Shown here: one piece after another, positions 46,601 to 57,670 of the stretch | Layout of the letters: each line of letters opens with the position of its first letter | Position numbering within the stretch: the stretch's first letter is position 1 | Assembly: GCA_950097015.1 (NCBI GenBank) | Contig: CATNEN010000028.1 | Coordinates: 620,001 to 684,000 of the forward strand | Direction: 5' to 3' | Source of the DNA: Macrostomum hystrix | Lineage: Eukaryota > Animalia > Platyhelminthes | Length of the DNA stretch: 64,000 nt | Translations under genes and position numbers: made by a program | The notes under the pieces: model-generated | What the model saw: the letters and a program-made list of their open reading frames with translations, nothing else | Told to the model about the DNA's origin: nothing | The model's database searches: none

Positions 46601-48543
46601 GTATAACAACAGGAACAAGTGTCGAGACATGAACGACGACTACGTGGATGAAGGACAAATGGTCTTTGTCAAGTCGGGATCAGATGTGTTTGTCTGCCTC
46701 TGCAACGGCAGTGATGGTGTCAGAAGTTGTGTTTCTAATGCGACCTACTATAATAGAGACAAGTGTCGTGACCTCCACGGGAACTACATGAAAAAGGGTG
46801 AAAAGGTTTCCGTACAACAAGAAAATCAGATTTACGTATGTGAATGTAAAGGAAATAATGTCTACAAAAACTGCCGCACCCTGGAGGCATTTGAAAACAA
46901 TGGTCGATGCAAAGGCTACAATGGAACATACGTGGACGCAGGAGAGCCAGTGGTAGTGAAGCAAGACCAGTACACATATGTTTGCATCTGCAATGGTACG
47001 AACAAATTCGTCCAGTGCATGAAAGAAGAAGCTTGGAATAATAAAAACAAATGCAGAGATATCGACGGCAGCTATGTAGAGGAGGAAGATCGTGTGAAAT
47101 ACCAGTACAACAATAAAATCTACGTCTGCCGCTGCAAGGGAACGAATAGGTACGCTGATTGCATCACAAAGGAGGCTTTCGACAACAAGGGAAAATGCCG
47201 CTCCAGTGACGGTAGTTACGCCGCGCCTGGTCAAACGGTCCGAATTGAGCATGGCGGCAAAACGTACATCTGCGTCTGTGAGGGTCAGAATCAGTACACC
47301 AAGTGCATGACGGAGGAGAGCTACGTGAATCGAGAGAAGTGCAAGGGCAGCGATGGCGTCTTTGTGGAAAAAGGCCAGAAGGTAAAAGTTAACGTTGAAC
47401 AGGTGGCTTACGTTTGCGTCTGTAAAGGCGAGATGGGCTATAGCGATTGCGTAACGGAGGAGTCCCTGCTGCACCAGGACCAATGCAAGGACGCAGTGAG
47501 TGGAGAGTTTATCAGCAAAGGTGATAGCGTGCGCGTGAAATGCGATCAGCAGAGTGCGATATTTGTCTGCGAGTGCATTGGCACCAATCAATACAAGAGC
47601 TGCGTCACAGAGGAGAGCGTTCGAAACCAAAACAAGTGCAAAGATGACAACGGCACCTACGTGCCGCAGGGAGAAAGAGTTACCAGGACAGCCGATCGGA
47701 CCACCTACATCTGCGTGTGCCAGGGCACCAACAAGTATACCAACTGCATGACTGAGGAGGCCTATGTGAATCGGGATAAATGCAAGGACTACCGCTCCGG
47801 GAAGTACATTGAGTACGGCAATACAGTGACGGTGCTATACGCGGACAAGGTGTGGCTCTGCGTCTGCGCCAAGGGTCCGCAGTATGTGCAATGCCAGCCA
47901 GAAGTCAAGCAGGACGATTCCGTAGCTTCCGGCTGCAAGGACAAGCGCGGCAGGTGGGTGAAAATAGGCGACAGCTACCTGATAACGTCCAGGGGCGCCA
48001 CTTATAGCTGCCGATGCAAGGGAAACAACGTGGCAGTTGACTGTGGATGTGAGTATGATGAAATGCTTCAAGCTATATTAAATTTTTACTTAGTAAAATT
48101 TCAATTGTGCTAGACATATTTAACACTAAAAAATATGTCAATTTGCCTAATTTTTTACCGCCAGACAGTCTAAATGAATTTGCTTGCCTGAATTAATAAC
48201 CTGAAACGAAATTCAACATTTTTGTGGAGCTGGGATATTCGTAGTTCAAGGCTAATTTAATTTAATTATCACTAAAATTTTAAGAATGAGGTCAGGCCTG
48301 GTTTTCATGTCAATACACTTTTTTGTTAAATGCAGTGCTTCCGAGATTTCAAGTTTAATAATTTATCATCAAATGGAAGTGGAAGTAATCATGTCTTAGC
48401 CTGTCGAAATGTGTCGTTAAACACTAACTACGACTGACAATTTTAGCTCGTAACACAAACACAAATATGATCTATTTTATTCCAGTTGCCGATGACGACG
48501 ATGAAGAAAATGACAACAAGCAGCAAAAGGGTGGTCGCTGAAT
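40678..48543 (+). CDS. Large secreted Cys-rich repeat protein of about 1,430 aa. Exons 40678-40876, 43723-43860, 44146-48048, 48486 to about 48530-48543; C-terminus uncertain
   Basis: Signal peptide MALAVSFVVCAVIACLLGGPTNGA. Introns GTAAGT/GTGAGT...CAG are all phase 1 and join in frame. Exon 3 encodes 27 modules of the form C-x2-D-x2-G-x-Y-V-x2-G-x2-V-x8-9-C-x-C-x-G-x-N-x-Y-x2-C; exons 1 and 2 encode one module each. Many NGT/NNT sequons. Confidence 0.85.
41005..42510. repeat. 27/28-bp minisatellite (gagactgagggatggtggacacattca) evolving into composite units, in intron 1 of the Cys-rich gene
   Basis: Direct periodicity. Confidence 0.93.
43115..43430. repeat. 7/8/15-bp repeat (tagattac / tagttac) in intron 1 of the Cys-rich gene
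   Basis: Direct periodicity. Confidence 0.93.
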
Positions 48544-49144
48544 TTATTTTTCGTTCATTGCTTCATTCAACTTAACGGTGAATTCATTTTGACAGAATCG
48601 TTCGTCAGCAAAGCTAAGTTTTTGGACTAACAGTTCAGGTGATTGGTGTCTCATTTAAAACGTACTCGTACATGTATGTCTTAAAATCCAATACGCTCGT
48701 AGCATATTTTTGTTTTAAACTTTTGTGGAAATATTATATCATGCATACTACTGCAGATACAAGTAACAAGTAAAAACTATTTTCATTAAAACATTTAAGT
48801 AAGTTCTGCAGACATATTATTTTAAGATGTGAGTTTGTTAAGGTTGAAATCGTAAAAGAAATAAAAAGTGATAAACCAACTATTCTATTTAAAACAGATT
48901 AGAAGCAAATCGTGCTTTATAATTTTTGACGTGTTTTTTTCGCTAAAGATTCAGTGATAAACAGAGTTAAATATCTTTGTGTATTGCAGTACAAGAAGAG
49001 AATGACGCAGTTCTCCGTTCGGAAAAGAGTTTCTGAGTTTGTAAACAATTTAGAACTGACTAACAAGAAGCAGTTGGAAAACAGAGCATGCTTAAGTAAA
49101 TTTTTTTACTATAAAATATCATTGTTTAAACTGTTTGAATGCAA

Positions 49145-51084
49145 CTAGTTTTCCCTACCTATCGATGCTACGGCCTCCGCCCTGCCAGCCAGGTAGTCGC
49201 CCCAGTGGCAGGCCAGATCATGAGGCGTCCACTGCTCAAGGCTGTCTAGAGCGTCCAGCGCTGCGGATATCTCAGCGTCGACCTTGTCGCCGGGTAAAAT
49301 GGCTGGCTCTGCATTGCTACTGGAGCCCACGTCAGCGTCGTCGCTAATTGCAATCGCATTAATTGGCAGCAGTAGATCGTCGCAGACGTAGCACCTGGCA
49401 ACTAGTGCGTTCGCAAGGTGCTCAGTTGGAGCCAGAACGAAGTAAGCAGCTGGACCGACAGCCGCAGTGGATGAGTCGGTGTCCTCTGATCTGGCCTGTT
49501 TCGCATTGGTCGAACCATTTTTGCTCTCCTCCGATGAAGCATCCGCCTTTGGTCGCACCTGACGTCGCTGGCGCCTGAAACGTTCGGCATGTTGCGCCAC
49601 GAAAACATGACAACTTAGTAGCTTTACACTTTATGTGCAGCGCCTTGAACCCCGATATTACTCAAAGTTAAACAAAGAAATCATGCGCACTTAACAAGCA
49701 GAGACAGGCCACGACGTCGCAGCAGGTTTACTAGGCTTCGAAAGTTAACGACGGATCGTTCGTTGCCAGGCACTGACTGAAGGAGCACCGGCCAGCCGAA
49801 CAAATCTGCTGGTGACAGTCGCTGGATGCTAGTCAAGCCGCAGACCTCAAGGCGCAGCTCTGAGCCATCCTCGGTGTCGCTCAGCATCGTCAGTCGGCTA
49901 GGCCTGGTGGGCGGGCCGAACAGCGGCTGAAAGCAGTCCAAGGCAGCCGGATCAGCCAGCAGGCCGGGGTTAAGTACCAGTTCGGATAGGCGAAAGGCCA
50001 ATGAGCGTTCCATTTCAAAACCGTTGCTTGGGAATACTAGACGATTGCTGCTGCTTTTTATTTCCTGATAGTAAAAAATTAGGTTCGGGTTGGCTTCTTG
50101 CTAAAACAGGTTGTCCAACAGGTAAAAACGATTAATTTTTTTTTCGAGTTTGGAGTGACTTGTATGTTAGTTTCGACAGAATTAACTAACTAGAAGACAA
50201 ATCAGTAGCCATGAACAGTAGTAATAAGACTGAACTTATTAAGTCAGATCTAGTTGAACCGATCATAACACATTAAGTGACACGTTCAGACATTTTACTT
50301 TCATTACAAATTTATAGCAATACCATTCATAAGTAAGAATTATAGTAACAATTATTGTTTAACAAAGACAAACCAAAAATATGCAAGAAAGAAATCTTAC
50401 AGAATTCTTCAAACCAGGAGGCAAAAGCCACGCACGTAGAGCTAGGGTAAGCTCCGGCTCCGCCCTTCGCACTGTGGTCACCTCGACGAGCTGATCGAAT
50501 CTCTGTTTCGCCCCTTGGTCGCTGCTGCATGATTCGGCAGGAGCAGCGGTATTTGGCCACTTTTTTGGTTGAGCATAGCCAGGCAGCTGTAACACGCGGA
50601 TTATTCGCAGTTTGCGGAGCAGACACGGAAACGACTGGTGACGATTGTCAGTGCTGAAGCATCGTCGCATGTTTTCAATGGTGGCTGCGCGACGGGTCAG
50701 AAGACACAGCTCCACTGTGGCAGACAGGGCCGGGGATGATGCGAGCTCGCGCTCGGCCGTCGTCAATGCTAAGTCGACCTCGGATGCGTCAGTGGCACCA
50801 GCCGATAGCCCGACGGCGGGAGATTCAAAGTGAAACAGTCGATATCCTTCGGCAAGCAGACGTCCAGCAGCTTGGCTTGTCGACTGCAGCGGGACGACTG
50901 GACAGACAGCGGCTGGGCCGTCGCGAAGGCAGATAAGGCAGAAAGCAGCCGGAGTATCGCCGCTGCAGTTGACACTCAAGCAGAGAAGTTCTGTGAGGCC
51001 GCTAGCAAGAACTAGCAAGTCTGCGTCAGGCACTTCTTGAGTGTCCAGCAGGGCAATAATGTGCCTGGCAGAGCTGCTCTGCAT
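49145..51084 (-). CDS. M1AP: Meiosis 1 arrest protein-like, about 495 aa. Exons 51084-50401, 50064-49691, 49574-49145
   Basis: Colinear similarity to recalled vertebrate M1AP: VELCLLT ~ LEITILT, LRAWL ~ FKAWL, FRLSELVLNPGLL ~ CDLQERLLCPSLL, LFGWPVLL ~ LTYGLPFIL, FRSLVNLLRRRGLSLLVK ~ FHALCHSLLKREWLLLAK, YFVLAP..LVARCYVCDDLLLP ~ FYVIMP..LVKAVATRELMLP, ALDALDSLE ~ SMLDSLE. Introns are GT-AG and phase-consistent. Confidence 0.72.
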
Positions 51085-53977
51085 CTGAACACGAAAGTTA
51101 AGTGTTTAGGCAATAAAGCAGACATCTAGCTATATTTACTTTAATAATGATAACATTAAGCGAACTTCAAACTGTAAATATAAAACAACTGCTGTAATTA
51201 ATGCATTGCTATTAATGAATTTTATTTGTACAAGCAATGCTGATTTTTATGTAAGCAGAGCTATTACATTGGATTGTGTTCAAGAAATGAATTCTTGCAT
51301 TTAGTCTTCAACGTAATCAAAGCTAACTACTATCTCATATAACTTTTTGCAAATGAGCTAAAGTGTAATTGTGAAACCTTATAAAAACACAATTTAATTT
51401 GTTTTATAAGGTTTACCTGAATTATTTCTGGATAAGCCCCCTAGTCCATTAAAATTACAAATAGCTAATGGATTACTTAGGCCAATAAAATCCTATTAAC
51501 TAATTGAAAATATTCTCTTTTTATTCAAACCCATGAAATGGACTGTATTTGCTGGACTACAACATAGCAAAATTAGAAAAGTCCTATAGTTAAAGTGAAA
51601 CATCGTTTTTAGAGCTAACCTTAGCTTTTAAAATGCTTTAAATACCACACAAAATGTATATTAACATTATATTTCAATGTATATTGAAATAAAAAATCTA
51701 AGTGTATTAAATTGATTTTTAAAATAAAATAATTTTTTTAAAAATCCTACTATTGTATTTAGAGCTTAATTTATTTGCATTTGGAATTATTAAATTAAAC
51801 ATAATGGAACCAAAATTTTAAAATGGCTAGATTTTGAGGTTTCATAATACCTGAATTCTACCTAGAAGTCTATCTTGCAATTTAATAATCTAGTAGGGCC
51901 TAGTATTTTTTTACAAAAATCTAAACATTATTCCTTTACTTTTTAATATTATTCAAACAGCAGTAATTAAGTTTAGTTATTGTGGTAATTTTAGCTATTC
52001 ATAGCTAGTGGATAAAATACCATATCTATAGCTAAGGCACGAGAACATCTCATGTGTAACTTTACTAGCTATTTTAAAGACAAAAGTTCAATTATACAAT
52101 ATGTAGTGGTACTATTATGTCTGCATTGTGGCTGCATGTCTAATAATTTTTAGTTTTTGGTTGGGGCCTCAAACGTGGATTGTAGCTGTTCGAAATTTTA
52201 ATTCCGTGCTGATAGAGTTCCGAGTCCAGTGTTTCTGATTTAACATACGCAAAAGAGTAGGCGCTTTTCCTAACTGTCAGCTTTTTTACATTTGATTGTA
52301 CTAGCGCATTAATGAAATATTTTAGATGTTGTTAAGATGTGCTAGATATTCATCGTAAAACTTTTACGGTGTGATCGTTGATTATTCCAACAAGGACAAC
52401 TACAAAAAGAAGCGCGGGGGGGCTTCGCTTTTTGGAAATTTGATAAACGGCTGATTTTCACGGGAAAATGCACTAGCAAGATAGGAACTATTCACTTTTC
52501 TACACATGAAAATTTTGATAAAATTTTATTGGAAGCGGATCCAATGCTGTTCTTCAAATTAATATCCTGAAAAAAAGTTGCTTTTACTAATTTACAAAGC
52601 TTCATTCATGGAAAATAGATCTATATTTTATTTTCGTTTATTTATTTCCTCTTATTTCGGTCAGCTCAGCCGGTACTCACCAGTGTCATCAGAAGTCGGC
52701 TGGAGCATATCTACCGGCTCGCCGAAGGCCCTATAAGCTACCCGTCGCTGGACGCACGACAGCAGCCGCCCAATATAGCAGTGTCCGCACAGCAAGCAAC
52801 CAGCTTTTAAATCGCGCCGGGAAGCTGTCAGTTTCACTTCTTTCCGCTCGTGGTGACGCATCACATGATGCATCAAATTATCACGCGCCGGGGGTGAAGC
52901 AACGCGCATTCGCAAAGCCCAGTAATTGAGAATGGTACAATTAAGACCAGATGGAAGGTTAATGGGGCCGTGATTACAGCTCAGCAGCAATGGCCACTTG
53001 AACCTCGTTGGCTACGCCAGTGGACAGGATCGTGGCCTCTAGCAACGTAAGTGATAGTAAAAGCAGTGGCAGTAACAGTTTCTCTTCTGATCATGACTCC
53101 GAAGATTCAGGGAAAGAAAGCGTTTTCACGACCATCCACAAAGCCAGGGGCAATGTGGCGAGATTTTTTCAGCGACCACGAGGGAAGAGTGAATCAACCG
53201 ACCTCTGGCGGATCACTCCCATACTCGACGGCAGCATCGCCGCAGTATAGACCGCCGAATTATAGAATTTTAACGGAGATTCAGATCGAGGCTGCGTCTA
53301 AATGTGGCTAGTTTATCTTCTAATGTACTTACGAGTACATTACGAGGGCTATCCCAAAAAAATTTGTCATATCTAAACCAGAAGAGTTTCGTGTGATTAA
53401 TACTACAAATTGTGATTAACCTAATTGTACGATTACACGCATACGATTACAATTTGATAGGCTCAATGATTGAGTAGAATACAAGTAATGGTGCATTCAA
53501 AACTAGGACAAGCTATAACTATTCTGCCACACATTTGCCTATTTATCTTCAAACAAAAAATGAAGTTGAATGCATCAGAATGCAAAATGTACAACATAAC
53601 CGTAGCCGTGCAAGACAGACAGCTTTTGCTGGCAAATGTCCCGCTGGCAAACATCGGCTGGCAAGCATTGCCTGGCAAACGTCGGCTGGCAAACATCGGC
53701 CGGCAGACGTCCCGCTGCCGAACTTCGTAGACCCGAATATTACGCTCCGATTGAGCTAGTCCGGTGCAAAAAGCGTCGATTGTCGAATTCGATCGCTGCA
53801 AGAGGGCCTTAAAATGAAGCCTAGCAAGCTTTATCATTTTATCAACATGCTGGATCATGAACTTTATCACCGAAAAAGCGCACTCTAGTCACCTGGGACG
53901 GGCTGAGGAGCCGGATTCACATTTTCTCGAACGGACCCAAACAAGCCTCCGTCATGGCACCAATACTCTGAACAATG

Positions 53978-54117
53978 TGTAGTCTGGCTTGTTGGTGCGC
54001 GTGCTTAGATGTGCACGCACGGCAAAGTTGGGGTGCGCACGCTGCAGCGCTAAACCCCCCACCCCAAACAAGCCGTGCGTGCACATCTAAGCACGCGCAC
54101 CAACAAGCCAGACTACA
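53978..54117. mobile_element. 140-bp hairpin MITE with perfect 46-bp TIRs (TGTAG...CTACA) and 4-bp TSD (AATG)
   Basis: 53978-54023 is the exact reverse complement of 54072-54117; AATG occurs at 53974-53977 and 54118-54121. Confidence 0.8.
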
Positions 54118-57100
54118 AATGTAACATCGATGACATCGGAGGAGATCGCGGGTTCGCTGACGACAGCAGCTTTCGGCTTGTGGCTATGGTCCACGCTCCG
54201 ACAACGCCAGGTCAACACCACTACGCTGGTCCAGGCCATACCATTCGTATGGTATGGCCTGGGCGAATGTCATCATGTGGGCTCAGATAAATATTAATTA
54301 GCAACTCAACTCTAGATGCCCCTCGCATGCGCGTGTATGCAGCTTTTCGCTTTTGTATGTGCTGGTGATTTGAGTTGCTTGCGCGAAGTTCTATAACATC
54401 TCAGTTTGCTCAGGTAGCTGGATGTTCGTTTAATCAATCATATTCTAAAAAATCCCCATTGGCAGGTAAGCATGCTTAATGTGTATAATAAAGTCCAAAT
54501 TGACACCCATAATTTTTTTAACATAAGCCTAGCTGCATTTTCTGAGCCGCGCTGCAGTCTCAGCTAGCTGAAATGATTAATCGAGAAGGCATTGCCCCTG
54601 CACCTATTGCTCAATAAAAATAGGTGAATCATGAAATCAAGCGATTTCTTTGACATCAAACATAAGCTGCAATGCAGCATACAGTGTATAATTGCATCTT
54701 TCGATTCTGCCGATTGGCACACAATAATATTAAGGCGCATTGATAAGCTAGCTGGCGAATTCGATTGGAACGGAGCTGGATTATTAATTAATTAATAATG
54801 TATCATGCATCAAGAGAGTCCTAATATACATTTAAGAAACATGGACTAGGTTTTGCGCCGCTGTGCCTTTTTTCTAACGCGCCTATCATTTGCTATCATA
54901 TATTGATTGATTTACAACCTAAGCTATCTACGGTATTCGCGCAGCATAAATTGGGATGAGAGATGCAGGACTCAATTATAATTTCTTAAAGACTGTATAC
55001 AGTATATTTTAGACATTACGAGGAGAAGCATTGAAACTCTGACATTCCCAGGCGTTTATATATAGGTCCACAGGATTAAGTATTGTATATATATTTGTTC
55101 ATTTTCATCTAAAAAACTGCACATAATATTGAAAACCAACATTAGGTTAGTATTAGCTAATACTGAAAGTGCTCGGTTTTTAAGTACATGCAGAATTTGT
55201 CTGCTGCGCATTCAATGGCCGTTGTCTTTCATGAACACAACCCTTGTTCCGATTACGTTGTCATCCATTTTGCATACGTGCGTTGGATCCTCACCTACAT
55301 ATTCTACCCATATATTATTTATGCTTGACTTATTTCATACGTTAAGTACGCACATTTCCACGTGGAAAATTCAAAATGGCAATTTCAGTCTTATTTATTC
55401 GAACTAATAATTATTTATTTAGTAGATACAACACGGCACTTCGCTCAGTGGGTGAAGGTAGAAATTCCCCTACTTGGCTAGGGCAGTGTGTCTAGTGTGT
55501 CTATTCCAAAAATCCGGAACTGTAGCCACTGCCACTAGGGAAGTCATTCTTTACATGTTAGGCCTAGTTCGTGTTTAACTGTTAATTTGTTCTAATACTA
55601 ATAGTAATGTTTTTTATTTTGTAACTTTAGACTTTAGAAATATATATTTGGGAAAAATTTCAACAAACGATTCTATAGAATAGACTACAACACCTAGGCC
55701 ATTACTACAGTAAAGGTCTTAAATTTGCTATTTGTCTGGATAGTTTTTCTTGCTTTTTAGATGTGTGCAGAGCAGACAGCTATATTTATGTATAAACTAG
55801 CTGAATGAATTATGAATAATTTTTTTATTGAGGTGCGCACGCTGATTAGGTGCCGATTTTTTTGTTTATTCTATGTTTTGAGGCTGAACAATTCGATTTA
55901 AAAAAGAAGTACATTAGGAGAACAGAAGCATGCATAATATTAATTTTAGGTGAATAAAATATTTGAAAAAAGAACTAATTTTTGAAATAAACAAAGGCAT
56001 CAAAACAAAAAATGAAACATTGAAATTTAAAGAGAAAATTAAAACTGACCAAAAGAAGAATAGCTATTGTGTTTTTGCATTCTAACTATGGGCCTCAGGG
56101 CAGTGGCTTTTTTATCTTGCTTTAAGTATGCTTTCTATGAAGTCCACAAAAGTTTCTGTTAATTCTGTGCTTTCCTGTGTCATTAAATACACAATTTTGT
56201 CACCAGCTGTCCTCTAACCTCACTTAACCAATGGCACTCCTGCCAGATACCTTGGTGATACTTTAAGTGAAAAAACTTGCTTTCATTGATCTCCATAGGC
56301 CTAGTGTTTATTTTCTGGGCCCCCAACTTTACAAGATAGTCCAGAAATAATTGGCAGCAGATGTTTCCATGGCAAGCCTAGGCAAACAGTCAATGAAATG
56401 AGCTCTATCTGAAAATGTATCTCTACAGGATAGAATTTGCAATAAGCACCTTATTAGGTAGTACTATGCCTATTAGAGTTAACTAAAAGAGCTACAAAGG
56501 CAAAATATAGTGCACATTGACAATAGACTCATAGGACAATTAAAAGTAAGAAAATACAATTCCTCTGTAAAAAGACTTGGTAGGCCTAATTTAGCAAACA
56601 AAAACACTTTTTTATTTCACCAAAAATTAGTTTTAAGCAAAAAAATTGTGTCACTAGTTACTACTGATGTCTGATCTTTATAACAAGTAGACATAAAAAT
56701 AACTAGACAAATATAAGAAAGCCATTAAAAACTATTTATAACTGCTTGAATGCCACTCACTATATGCTTAGTTAGGCCCTATATTAGCCTCTAGTAGTAT
56801 AGGCCATAGGGTAGCATAGACTAGCAGCTAGACTATATTTAAGGCTTTTTAATAAAATGTTCATTAAACACAACTATGGATGTATATATGCAAGTGTACA
56901 TATGCCCATAGATGATTAACTTCATAAGCTTTTTATTGTTAGACCTTTTTAATATTATAGCTTATAGGCTAGATCATGCTAAGTGCATACCAGAAAAAAT
57001 TTAAAGGCTAGGGTGCTCTTTACTTTTTTCCATGCTTGAATGTTGAAGAAAGTTGAAAATTTGATAAATGGGCAGTAAAACAAAGTAAAATTTCTCTTGT

Positions 57101-57670
57101 CAGCAAATCTTTCTTAGTTTCTAGCTCCTATTAGTTACATTTGCATTTTAACCATATTGAGCAGTAAGTATGCATGCATAGAATTAAATGTGAGCAATAC
57201 AGACAGAAATTTTTGGGCATATACAACATGATCCAGACTATGGATTATAGCAAGGGAAGGCCATAATAGCAAGGATTATGATATGTCTTAATCCATTAAA
57301 GTGATTTAGGGTCTTATTTTACTTTTACTTAAGTCTTCATGTTGATTTTTCTTGGTTCTAAGTTGTTTTTGTCTATTGTGTTTAGCCTAATGATGACAAT
57401 GTCTATTGATACTATGATGTTTAAATCCTCAGTGTTATTCAGATTTATTTCTTAGTTTTGTATGGTAATAACAAGTATTATGTTTGCAGACACAGCACTC
57501 TGCAAAAGGAAGAAAGCATTCTCAATATAAATAGTGTCTGCACAAAAGCTCGGAATTGCTGAAAAGCCTTAAAGATAAGCAATATAATCAGAACTTTTAT
57601 GATAATGGGTCATAATTCATGGTAAATTATAAACTTGGTACACATTATTACGCATTAATTTAATTTTCAG

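Noticed and set aside
44341-48071. Antisense ORFs (up to 316 aa) opposite the Cys-rich exon, and similar shadows opposite TTLL7, AGO and LONP2
   Set aside because: Expected shadow ORFs from codon bias of the real genes.
52661-53311. Moderately GC-rich stretch with short ORFs on both strands
   Set aside because: It could be 5' exons of the downstream gene, but every frame stops early and no consistent exon chain could be built.
53341-53365. TACGAGGG mariner-like TIR start
   Set aside because: No matching opposite TIR or transposase remnant was found.
53620-53720. Degenerate gctggcaaacatcggc repeats
   Set aside because: Short and low-copy, with no interpretable context.
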